Under the pieces are notes generated by a model. The model ran no database searches. It saw nothing but the letters and a program-made list of their open reading frames with translations, and was not told the DNA's origin. From contig CAYWEN010000003.1 of assembly GCA_964457545.1 (NCBI GenBank), positions 5,068-69,067 of the forward strand: a stretch of 64,000 nt of DNA, written 5' to 3'. This document shows, piece by piece, positions 41,170 to 50,170 of the stretch; the first letter of the stretch is position 1, and each line of letters starts with the position of its first letter. This stretch comes from an uncultured Desulfobacterales bacterium (GTDB lineage Bacteria > Desulfobacterota > DSM-4660 > Desulfatiglandales > Desulfatiglandaceae). Both the position numbers and the translations under genes were made by a program.

Positions 41170-41884
41170 GGAAATTGCCTCGGGACATTGGGATTATTTT
41201 GATAAAGTATACTGTATCTCTCTGCTGGAACGGACAGATCGCCGGAACAGGGCGCGGTCAGTATTTGCTGCAGCGGGGTTGTTGAGCCGGGTGGAGTTTG
41301 AAGTGGTCAGTACCCGTCATCATGACTGCGAACAGGGGATTTATGAGTCCCACCTCTCTTGTATCAGAAAGGGTATATTTTCGGGAGCAAAAAATGTTCT
41401 GGTTTTTGAAGATGATATATTTTTTGACGGATTTGACCCTTTGAGGCTAAAGGAATGTGTGTCTTTTCTGGAAAACAATGAATGGGATGCCTTTTTTCTG
41501 GGATGTCTGGTCAGCAAAAGCCAAAAGACCTCCCATCCACATGTGGTTAAGATTCGTTACCGAACCCTTGCACATGCATATGCTGTAAACAGGAGGTTTG
41601 GCATTCAACTGACAGGTTTACCCTACCGGAAAATTGCCTTTGATGACATGCTTGCGCACCTTGACGGAACATATTATGCCATATACCCATCCTTTGCCTT
41701 TCAGGATGATTCGCCGTCCGACAACACAGCCCATCTCAAGCTGGATAACTTTCGAAGATTATGCGGAGGACTTATACCTATTCAGAAGCGGAATGAGTTT
41801 TACCACCGTTACAGGCCGTTGATTATATGCCTTCACTGTTTGGCTGTTCTTTTTATTGGTGTTGTGTTTGTAATAGCTCAATAA
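41168..41884 (+). CDS. Glycosyltransferase family 25-like protein (LPS/LOS biosynthesis type)
   Basis: FDKVYCISLLERTDRR...GEIGCALSH-type context (YESHLSCIRKG), VFEDD, and AHAYAVNRR resemble GT25. ATG 41168 is preferred to the listed 41045. The last codons and the stop lie inside the MITE-like repeat. Confidence 0.55.
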   Translation: MEIASGHWDYFDKVYCISLLERTDRRNRARSVFAAAGLLSRVEFEVVSTRHHDCEQGIYESHLSCIRKGIFSGAKNVLVFEDDIFFDGFDPLRLKECVSFLENNEWDAFFLGCLVSKSQKTSHPHVVKIRYRTLAHAYAVNRRFGIQLTGLPYRKIAFDDMLAHLDGTYYAIYPSFAFQDDSPSDNTAHLKLDNFRRLCGGLIPIQKRNEFYHRYRPLIICLHCLAVLFIGVVFVIAQ

Positions 41885-42019
41885 ATAGGGGCAGGAGGGT
41901 TTTTCTGACGTGACTGCTTGCCTCTGGCCCGTAGGACCTATGTCCCGAAGGCCCGAGGGGAAGAAAAATCCTTCTGCCCCGGTGGTACGTTCATTGTTAC
42001 TTCCCCTGATTGTTGAGCG
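41873..42019 (+). repeat. MITE-like palindromic element, copy 1 (147 bp)
   Basis: The terminal inverted repeats are AGCTCAATAAATAGGGG ... CCCCTGATTGTTGAGC. The internal long stem is GGGGCAGGAGGGTTTTT / AAAAATCCTTCTGCCCC. It is homologous in reverse complement to 59068..59186. Confidence 0.8.
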
Positions 42020-42286
42020 GATACTTGTTTTTTTGTGTGATTCAGGCAATATATGGGGCCAGGTCTGATATTGGCTTGCGTTGAGCCGTGACAATAATTA
42101 TGGGGATATTTTAAAGTTTATTGCATTGAGCTGTTAAGATGCCTGGTGTTATGTGATTAACAGGAAGATGGGGTGTCCCGGCTTGTACAGAAAAATTTGT
42201 CAGGTGGGTACAGAAATTTGTTTTGTTCAGGAGATTGTAACAGAAACAGGAGTGTATGAATACAGAGCAAGGCTTTTGCATGGTAT

Positions 42287-43327
42287 TTAGTTCCTGTTTA
42301 TGCTGTTTATGACCTGACTGCGGTGTTTTCTTGCCAGTTCGCGTTTGTCCGCAACCGTATCTGATTCATCAATGATTTCTCTTCCGAGAAGTTCCTCTAT
42401 AATGTCTTCAAGAGTAATTAACCCTGAAATCCCGCCGTATTCATCAAGGACTATAAACAGATGTTGCCTTGACTGGAGAAATTCCATCAAAACCTTGTCG
42501 AGCTTTGCAGTTTCCACTACAAAGTGAACAGGTCTCATAAGTTGTGTCAAACGCATCTCATCATTTCCTTTGGCCAATTCCAGAAGAAGCTCTTTAGTAA
42601 GAACAATTCCGACAATATCCTCTTTGTCCTTGTCATACACGGGAAATCTGCTGTGTTCCCACTTGCTGATTTTTTGACTGGCCTCTTTAAGGGTAAGGTC
42701 TTCGCTTAATGAAAATATGACAGTCCTTGGCGTCATAACATCTTTTACTGTTTTGTCCTGAACTGTCAGTATGTTTTCTATGAATTCCTTTTGATATGGC
42801 TTTATCCCTCCGGTGTTTACGCTCAGGCGTGCCATAATACGAATTTCTTCCGCGGTTACGGTTTCTTTTGTTTTGGATGGAGCTATAATATGTATGATAA
42901 AACTGCTGAACCATATGGCCGGCGCCATAATTGAAACAAGGGCTTTCATGGGGAAAGCCAGGACAGGAGCCAGTGTTTTGGCATAAACAACCCCTGCTGT
43001 TTTTGGTATAATTTCCGAGAAAACAAGTATTGCAATACTGAAAAAACAGGAAAAATATACGACATAATCACGGCCAAACACTGAACTTGCTGCGGCCCCT
43101 GCGATTGCTGCTCCCGCTGTATTGACAATTGTGTTCAGGGTCAGAATTGCACCAATGGGACGTTCAATATTGGATCTCAGCTCTTTTAAAACCTTGCCTG
43201 CAGACATCCCTGCCTGTATCATGACTTCAATATGTCTTACAGGTACGGCATACAAGACTGCTTCAAAAAGTGAACACCCTGCGGATATGGCTATTACAAG
43301 TAGCACTGCAATGATTAGTTCAGGCAT
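42287..43327 (-). CDS. CNNM/DUF21 transmembrane plus CBS-pair protein (hemolysin/CorC-family, putative divalent-cation efflux)
   Basis: 346 aa. The N-terminal DUF21 has 4 TM helices (SEIIPKT motif), followed by a CBS pair (VKDVMTPR...). There is no CorC_HlyC C-terminal domain. Confidence 0.75.
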   Translation of the reverse strand: MPELIIAVLLVIAISAGCSLFEAVLYAVPVRHIEVMIQAGMSAGKVLKELRSNIERPIGAILTLNTIVNTAGAAIAGAAASSVFGRDYVVYFSCFFSIAILVFSEIIPKTAGVVYAKTLAPVLAFPMKALVSIMAPAIWFSSFIIHIIAPSKTKETVTAEEIRIMARLSVNTGGIKPYQKEFIENILTVQDKTVKDVMTPRTVIFSLSEDLTLKEASQKISKWEHSRFPVYDKDKEDIVGIVLTKELLLELAKGNDEMRLTQLMRPVHFVVETAKLDKVLMEFLQSRQHLFIVLDEYGGISGLITLEDIIEELLGREIIDESDTVADKRELARKHRSQVINSINRN

Positions 43328-43960
43328 TTATTTTTGTCCCTCACCGAGTATCCGGTTTATGCTGTTCAGCTCTTTTTCAGTGTTTACATTGATGAATGAT
43401 ATCAGGTCAGGATCAAACTGACATATTTCATCAATATCTATATAACGTGCATAACCCATGCGGATAAGACGTGATATCCGGTAGCATCCGCCTTTTATTG
43501 ATTCCCTGATAAAGGGAATGCAGGTCTTGGCATATATGGCATGAAGAGGTTCTATCTTGTCCTCTGAAATCCTTGGAACAACAATATCGTAACCATTTTT
43601 CAGATATGTCATATGCCTGATAAAGGGCTGTTTCAGGCAAGGCATGTCACAGGCAGCAAAAAAACCGTAATTGCAGCCCATATGTGTCAGTCCGGTCAGT
43701 ATGCCGCCCAACGGTCCGCATCCCTCTATTTCATCCTTGTACAGGGGTATGTTAAGGTATGAATATACCTCCGGAGTATTGGTAATTAACACAAGGTCTT
43801 CAAAGATTGATGACATGACTCCTGCAACCCGTTCTATTAACGGTTGGTCACAGATTTTTGCCAGGGCCTTGTTTTTTCCAAAACGCCTGTTTTTGCCTCC
43901 TGCAAGAATGACACCGGAAACATCATTGATAATAGGCTCTTTTTTTTGGCTGTTTATCAT
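43328..43960 (-). CDS. mobA: Molybdenum cofactor guanylyltransferase
   Basis: GVILAGGKNRRFG.NKAL and the GPLGG motif, about 210 aa from ATG 43960. The listed ORF extends to 44014. It directly abuts the downstream CNNM gene. Confidence 0.8.
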   Translation of the reverse strand: MINSQKKEPIINDVSGVILAGGKNRRFGKNKALAKICDQPLIERVAGVMSSIFEDLVLITNTPEVYSYLNIPLYKDEIEGCGPLGGILTGLTHMGCNYGFFAACDMPCLKQPFIRHMTYLKNGYDIVVPRISEDKIEPLHAIYAKTCIPFIRESIKGGCYRISRLIRMGYARYIDIDEICQFDPDLISFINVNTEKELNSINRILGEGQK

Positions 43961-44390
43961 TTTTATGTGAACAGGGTGTTTTTCTGACAACCGATATGGT
44001 CTGTTCGGAACCAAGGATGGATACCATTAGTTACCAATCTGTTTCTGGATGGACACTGTTTTGAATTTGCGGTGTTCAGTTCATTAACTTGTTTGATTGA
44101 CATCATATCATAAAATGATAACCTATGCCAGTTTCAGGGTATGTACAGGCATACAGGACATTAAACAGAGAACCTTTCTTGAGAAGGTTCAGGTTTGTTC
44201 AGGCTCAATATATACATGTGATATTTTACCATGAAAATACAACCCTGTTTTCATCTATAGGGGATAGCTGTGGATATTCTGACCCGGCCATGCCGGTTTG
44301 GAATCAGATCTTCAGTATTAATGATTCGGGCAAAACAGATTTATAGCCCTGAACGGGCTTTTTAATTTCAAACAATGCAATACGGCAGTA

Positions 44391-44624
44391 ATGCCGGAAA
44401 GGAATGTTTTGAGCAGAAATGATTTAATCCAATTGGAAGGTAAGATTGTAAAGATCCTTGGTGGCGGCACCATGGAAATTGAATGTGACAATAACATGAC
44501 GGTACGAGGGGTCCTCTCCGGACGGATGAAAAAACATCGTATCAGGGTTATGGTAGGAGACAGGGTACAGGTCAGTGTTTCTCCTTATGACACATCTCAT
44601 GGTTTGATAACATACAGACATTAG
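44391..44624 (+). CDS. infA: Translation initiation factor IF-1
   Basis: 77 aa with an S1-like fold: LEGKIVKILGGG...SGRMKKHRIRVMVGDRVQVSVSPYD...G.I.YR. Confidence 0.9.
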   Translation: MPERNVLSRNDLIQLEGKIVKILGGGTMEIECDNNMTVRGVLSGRMKKHRIRVMVGDRVQVSVSPYDTSHGLITYRH

Positions 44625-44662
44625 GCCTGAACCGGTGGTTGGGGCATCGTGGTGCATTTTAT

Positions 44663-46048
44663 ATGGTCAAAGGTGACATATCGAAAAAAAAGGCTAAATC
44701 AGCATATGTCTGCCAAAAATGTGGTTATCAGACACCTAAATGGATGGGACGTTGTCCGGAGTGTGGCCAGTGGGGCAGTGTAATAGAGGAGATTTGCAAT
44801 TATGCCTCGGATCCAGGGAAAAACAGGGCCTTTTCTATGACGGTGCCTACGTTGGTGGGAGAAATCCCCATGAAGCCGGAAATGAGGCTGGGGACTGGCC
44901 TGAAGGAATTGGACCGTACTCTTGGGGGAGGAATTGTGCCCGGAGCAGTAGTGCTTATTGGAGGTGCTCCAGGCATAGGGAAATCCACGCTTGTCCTGCA
45001 GGTCCTTGACAAACTGGCTGATCAGGGCTGTACAAGTCTGTATGTCTCCGGCGAGGAATCTCCGCAGCAGATCAAATTCAGGGCGGACAGACTGGCAATA
45101 AGGTCGAACGGCTTTTATGTTACTACGGGTACCTGTATTGAGGATCTGTTTGATGAGGTGGAAAAACTGAAGCCGGATCTCCTTGTTGTTGATTCCGTTC
45201 AGACTGTTTATTCCGATGAAGTAAGTTCGGTTCCTGGCAGTGTAAGTCAGGTCCGGGAGGTAACTTCCAGGCTGATTTCGGTTGCAAAACAGTCTTCCAT
45301 GCCGGTCTTTCTGACAGGTCATATAACAAAAGAGGGGGTTATTGCAGGGCCCAAGGTGCTTGAGCATCTTGTTGATACCGTCCTGTACTTTGAGGGAGAC
45401 AGGGGCCATTCTTTCAGGATACTTAGAGCAGTAAAAAACAGATATGGTCCAACCAATGAGATAGGTGTGTTTGAAATGAAGAATGCGGGTCTTGCAGAGG
45501 TGCTCAATCCGTCCCGTATCTTTCTTGAAGAAAGGCCCTATGATGTGCCCGGTTCTGTAGTGATCCCATGCCTTGAGGGCACAAGGCCTGTGCTTTTGGA
45601 AATCCAGGCCCTTGTGGGTGACAGTCCGTTTGGTATGCCCAGGAGGACAGCAGTTGGTGTAGACCATAACCGTCTTTCACTTTTGATCGCAATACTCGGC
45701 AAACGGCTTGGTATGGAATTGGGAGATCAGGATATATTTGTAAATGTGGCAGGTGGTCTCAGGGTGGAAGAACCTGCGTCTGATCTTGCCGTTATTTCTG
45801 CTATAATGTCCTGTTTTTTAAATCTTCCGATAGATAAACGTGTTGTTGTGTTTGGAGAAATAGGTCTGGCAGGTGAAATACGCAGTGTCAGCCAGCCGGA
45901 ACTCAGGATCCATGAGGCTCAGAAGCTCGGTTTTTCAAGATGTCTGCTCCCTCCCGGCAACCTGGAAGGGGCGAGCATGAAACACAGGGGCATAAGGCTT
46001 GAGCCTGTTAAATCTCTTCATGACCTTCAGGAACAGCTTTTTTCCTGA
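44663..46048 (+). CDS. radA: DNA repair protein RadA
   Basis: An N-terminal zinc ribbon YVCQKCGYQTPKWMGRCPECGQWGS, Walker A GGAPGIGKST, KNRYG, and a Lon-like C-terminal domain. The start at ATG 44663 is inferred. Confidence 0.9.
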   Translation: MVKGDISKKKAKSAYVCQKCGYQTPKWMGRCPECGQWGSVIEEICNYASDPGKNRAFSMTVPTLVGEIPMKPEMRLGTGLKELDRTLGGGIVPGAVVLIGGAPGIGKSTLVLQVLDKLADQGCTSLYVSGEESPQQIKFRADRLAIRSNGFYVTTGTCIEDLFDEVEKLKPDLLVVDSVQTVYSDEVSSVPGSVSQVREVTSRLISVAKQSSMPVFLTGHITKEGVIAGPKVLEHLVDTVLYFEGDRGHSFRILRAVKNRYGPTNEIGVFEMKNAGLAEVLNPSRIFLEERPYDVPGSVVIPCLEGTRPVLLEIQALVGDSPFGMPRRTAVGVDHNRLSLLIAILGKRLGMELGDQDIFVNVAGGLRVEEPASDLAVISAIMSCFLNLPIDKRVVVFGEIGLAGEIRSVSQPELRIHEAQKLGFSRCLLPPGNLEGASMKHRGIRLEPVKSLHDLQEQLFS

Positions 46049-47303
46049 TTGAAAATCTTTGATTATGCAGCAGTTCGCTTATATGCAATACGTTTATGCC
46101 CATATCATAACGACGTGCGCCATCTGTTAGTTGCATCATACACCCCGGACAGGATGTAACTACGGCCTGTGCCCCGCTGTTCTGTATGGCATTCATTTTC
46201 TTTTTCTGTATGGCCAGGCTTTCCTTCCTGTGGGTTATTCCGAATGATCCGCCAAGCCCACAGCATGTGTCTGCGCCATCCATTTCTATGTATTCTATTC
46301 CTTTGATCTGTTTTAAAATGGCACGTGGTTGATTTATGATTCCCTGATTCCATCTCAGGTGACATGGATCATGATATGTGACTGTTATCTTTTCCTTGTA
46401 TGAATGTTCCGGTGCAATTCCCTGATTGTAAAAAAACTCGGAAAAATCGTATGTATGTGCAGAAACCTTTTTTGCCTTTTCTTGAAACAGGGAATTTTCG
46501 GGGAACCAGTTTGGATAGTCTTTGAGGGCAGAGGTGCAGGTGGCACACCCGCTTACAATGTAGTCAAAGTCTTTAAGGATCTCTATGTTCTGTTTTGCCA
46601 TGGACCTTGCCGTATATACATCTCCTGCATTATGCACTGCCATACCGCAGCATGAAAGTCCACGGGGATATACCACCATGAACCCGGCGTTTACCATGAC
46701 TTCAACGGTTTTGAGTCCAATATCTGCAAAAAAGAACTCAAAGGCACAGCCCGGAAAAAAGGCGACTCCCCCTTTTGGCCTGTCTCCTTTTCGGGGAAAT
46801 GTTCTTTCCTGGAGGGACCTTGACAGAAACGGGTCAGACAGGGGGGGCACATAAAAGCCCTTTGAAAAAGATGAATATATGTCTGCGAGATGACGAACCG
46901 GAATGGCTTTTTTATTGAACAGGCCATTCAGGCGGGATACTGTGTTCAGAATTCTTGCCATAAAAGAACGGTGTTTGAGGACGCCTTGATATGCCAACCG
47001 CTGAATCAATGGAAGGCCATGTTGTTTTACTGCCTTTTCCCTTGATTTAAGGGTGATTGCTGTTGAAGGGACACCTGCAGGACATATCTGTTCACAGCGG
47101 TGGCACAGGATGCAAAAAGAGAGAGCCTCCCTGAAGGATTTGTCCGGTGAAATTATGCCTTTCTCTGCCCAGTTGACAAGGGTGTTTCTGCCTCTTGCTA
47201 CATGGCTTTCAATCCGGTCAGCCTTGTACACCGGGCAGACTGACATACAAAAACCACACTTCATACAGAGTTCCGGGTTGTTTTCTGTGCATGGCTTTGC
47301 CAT
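46008..47303 (-). CDS. (Fe-S)-binding oxidoreductase subunit, GlcF/LldF-like (2x[4Fe-4S] plus CCG domains)
   Basis: CMKCGFCMSVCP and CILCHRCEQICP ferredoxin motifs, then cysteine-rich CCG-type repeats (PGCAFEFF, CCGM, CCGLGG). Its 3' end overlaps radA by 41 bp. Confidence 0.75.
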   Translation of the reverse strand: MAKPCTENNPELCMKCGFCMSVCPVYKADRIESHVARGRNTLVNWAEKGIISPDKSFREALSFCILCHRCEQICPAGVPSTAITLKSREKAVKQHGLPLIQRLAYQGVLKHRSFMARILNTVSRLNGLFNKKAIPVRHLADIYSSFSKGFYVPPLSDPFLSRSLQERTFPRKGDRPKGGVAFFPGCAFEFFFADIGLKTVEVMVNAGFMVVYPRGLSCCGMAVHNAGDVYTARSMAKQNIEILKDFDYIVSGCATCTSALKDYPNWFPENSLFQEKAKKVSAHTYDFSEFFYNQGIAPEHSYKEKITVTYHDPCHLRWNQGIINQPRAILKQIKGIEYIEMDGADTCCGLGGSFGITHRKESLAIQKKKMNAIQNSGAQAVVTSCPGCMMQLTDGARRYDMGINVLHISELLHNQRFSIRKKAVPEGHEEI

Positions 47304-47306
47304 GTT

Positions 47307-48689
47307 CTACTCCCATATCTTGCCCGGGTTAAGTATCCCCTTTGGATCAAAGACCTGCTTTATTTTTTTGAGCAAATCTATTGCCTCGGGCGGCATGGCA
47401 TCTTTAAGAAATTTTCTCTTTTCGGTCCCTATTCCATGCTCTCCTGAAATAGCTCCGCCAAGCTTTATTGCATGAGCAAAAATATCATGCATGGCCTTCC
47501 GGGCAATGGCATAATGTTCAGTGTTGTTTTTGTCTGTGAGGATACTGGGATGCAGGTTTCCGTCTCCTGCATGCCCTATTATAACGATGGTGAGGTCGTT
47601 TTTCTTTCCTGTCTCCCTTATTCTGGATATCATATCGGGTATTTTGTCTGTGGGAACAGTTACATCTTCTGCCATTACTGTAGGGGCATGACTGAATATG
47701 GCAGAAAATCCGGAGCGCCTTGCCAACCAGAATTTATCGGCCTCATCCTTGTCTGCTGCCGGTCTTACCATATGTGCTCCTGAATTGATGCATATATCCG
47801 CAACCTGTTTTGTTTCCTTTACAACAGCCTCCTGTATTCCGTCCAGTTCAAGCAGCAGGATTGCTTCTGCCTCAATAGGCAGGCCCAAGGGCATGGTCTC
47901 TTCAATGCGCCGGATAACCCAGTTGTCCATGAGCTCCATCTTTGCAGGCAGTGCCCCGGATGCCAGAATTTTCTGCACACCCTGGCCTGCTGTCACCACA
48001 TCATCAAAGACTGCAAGAACTGTTTGCCTGTCAGGAGGCGTGGGCAGAACACGCAGTGTGAGGCCCGTAATAACAGCAAGAGTGCCTTCAGATCCGCAAA
48101 TCAGTTGAGGCAGATCATATCCGGTTACGTTTTTGAGGGTGTTTCCCCCAAGACTGATTGCATCGCCAGATGCAAGAACTACTGTCATGCCGAGGAGATA
48201 ATGTTTGAAGACCCCGTATTTTACTGCGCATGGTCCTCCGGAATTTTCTGCTGCGCATCCACCTATGGTGGCGGCAAGAAAACTCTGCGGGTCAGGAGGG
48301 AAAAAGAGTCCATATTCGGCAAGGGCGATATTAAGATCGTTGAGAACGACACCAGGTTCTGCTGTTACAGTAAGGTTTGCCTTGTTTATTTCAAGTATCC
48401 TGTTCATGCGGGTGGTACACATAACAATACCTCCTGAAGTCGGGACAGAACCGCCACTGACATTTGTTCCTGCCCCCCGTACGGTTACAGGGATACATTC
48501 CCTGTTTGCCACCCGCATGATATCTGATGCCTGTTTTGTAGACACGGGAAAAACTACCACATCGGGCAAACCCTGACAGTCCGTGGTGGCATCAAAGGAA
48601 TAGGAAGCCAGTTCTGAAGAGGTTGTCAGAATTCCATTTGCTCCTGCAATGGCTTTGAGTTCTCTGTATATGTCTTTGGGCAGGTTCAT
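47307..48689 (-). CDS. FAD-binding oxidase, GlcD / D-lactate dehydrogenase family
   Basis: 460 aa with an FAD_binding_4 domain (PVTVRGAGTNVSGG) and a C-terminal FAD-oxidase domain ending GEHGIG..K...L. It lies immediately upstream of the Fe-S subunit. Confidence 0.8.
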   Translation of the reverse strand: MNLPKDIYRELKAIAGANGILTTSSELASYSFDATTDCQGLPDVVVFPVSTKQASDIMRVANRECIPVTVRGAGTNVSGGSVPTSGGIVMCTTRMNRILEINKANLTVTAEPGVVLNDLNIALAEYGLFFPPDPQSFLAATIGGCAAENSGGPCAVKYGVFKHYLLGMTVVLASGDAISLGGNTLKNVTGYDLPQLICGSEGTLAVITGLTLRVLPTPPDRQTVLAVFDDVVTAGQGVQKILASGALPAKMELMDNWVIRRIEETMPLGLPIEAEAILLLELDGIQEAVVKETKQVADICINSGAHMVRPAADKDEADKFWLARRSGFSAIFSHAPTVMAEDVTVPTDKIPDMISRIRETGKKNDLTIVIIGHAGDGNLHPSILTDKNNTEHYAIARKAMHDIFAHAIKLGGAISGEHGIGTEKRKFLKDAMPPEAIDLLKKIKQVFDPKGILNPGKIWE

Positions 48690-49245
48690 GTGTAATCTCC
48701 CAAGTGTTTTAACGAGGTCATTTGCAACCTGTATCTGTTCTGTGTTTTATGTGTAAATGACTTTTTTTGCAATCTTTGCCTCTGTCATACCCTGCATGGC
48801 AGACAGTCAGTCTGTATCTCTCGTTGCTGAAAGCAGAGATCCTGTTTCAGGCAGCCGGACCGGATAATAAATGTGGTGTCGGAAAGGACATCATACAAAT
48901 ACAAGCTTATCATATCTGCAGTACAAAAGCATCCCCTGACGTTGATTGTATGCCCTGCAAGAAAATATTCCGTATCAAGGCCTGTCAGCGATTTTTCTTG
49001 ACATGTGTTCTGTTTTTTTTTAGATTGCAAAAGATTGGACAGATTCGTAACTAACTATTTTTTTAACAGTTTTGGTGTCTGTCCTGTCTGAACGGCAGAC
49101 AGGCAAATAATCCTGCGGGCTGATTTCTGCGAGGTTCTGTGTTTTGCCGAAGGAGATGCAGATATTCTGGAAACAGTCCATCTTATGGAGAAAAACCAAC
49201 TTACATTAATTTCTTGACAAACGAAGCAAACGAGGAAGGTATAAA

Positions 49246-49998
49246 ATGAGACTGAAAGACAAGGTTGCATTAGTGACAGGAAGCAGTCGTGGAGTAGGCA
49301 GGGCTGTTGCCATAGGTTTTGCAAAAGAGGGAGCAAAGGTAGTTGTCAATTATACCTCTAATGCAAAAGCTGCTGATGAAGTGGTGGACAAGATAAAATC
49401 TCTCGGAAGTGATGCCGTTGCAGTAAAGGCCGATGTAGCAAAAAAGGCCAATGCAGAACTTTTGGTGAATTCTGCACTGGAAAATTTTGGAAGACTGGAT
49501 GTACTTGTAAATAATGCCGGTTTTACCCGTCCTGCGCTGTTGCTGAAAATGACCGAAGAGCAATGGGATAAGGTTGTTGATATTCATATGAAAGGTGCCT
49601 TTCTGTGTTCACAGGCGGCAGCCATGCATATGAAAGAACAGAAGAGCGGAAAGATAATCAATGTTACATCCGTGGCTGGTGTAGTAGGAACGGTCGGACA
49701 GGTTAATTACAGTGCTGCAAAGGGTGGAGTGATCAGTATGACGAAATCGATTGCAAGAGAACTTGCCCGTTACAATGTTTGCTGTAATGCCATATCCCTT
49801 GGCATAGTGGCTACTGACATGACAGAAACAATACGTACGGATGACAAACTAAAAGATATTTATATGAACAGGATACTTTTGAAGCGTTTTGCCGAGGCGG
49901 AAGATATTGTTCCGGCATTTGTCTTTTTTGCATCAGATGAAAGCAATTACATTACTGCCCAACTGTTGTGTGTAGACGGTGGTTACGGAATGGTATAA
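49246..49998 (+). CDS. Short-chain dehydrogenase/reductase, FabG-like (3-oxoacyl / 3-hydroxyacyl thioester)
   Basis: TGSSRGVGRA (TGxxxGxG), NNAG and YSAAKGG (YxxxK), 250 aa. SD GAGGAAGG lies upstream. Confidence 0.8.
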   Translation: MRLKDKVALVTGSSRGVGRAVAIGFAKEGAKVVVNYTSNAKAADEVVDKIKSLGSDAVAVKADVAKKANAELLVNSALENFGRLDVLVNNAGFTRPALLLKMTEEQWDKVVDIHMKGAFLCSQAAAMHMKEQKSGKIINVTSVAGVVGTVGQVNYSAAKGGVISMTKSIARELARYNVCCNAISLGIVATDMTETIRTDDKLKDIYMNRILLKRFAEAEDIVPAFVFFASDESNYITAQLLCVDGGYGMV

Positions 49999-50170
49999 AC
50001 TGCATATACCATGGACAGCTTGTGAAAGATCGAGTTGGCATGCAGATCTTTTTAATCCTGTCTGAACATTTCTTGCGACCGGATTATACATGAATTGAGG
50101 GAGTAGAAGTCGTTAGATATTCACAATGTTAACCGGTTCTTATAAATAAAACTTTTCAGGAGGTATAAAA

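Noticed and set aside
49214-49245. TTGACA ... TATAAA immediately upstream of the FabG-like gene as its promoter
   Set aside because: The TATAAA directly abuts the ATG (TATAAAATG). A transcript initiated from it would start inside the coding region, and the AGGAAGG between the two is better read as the RBS.
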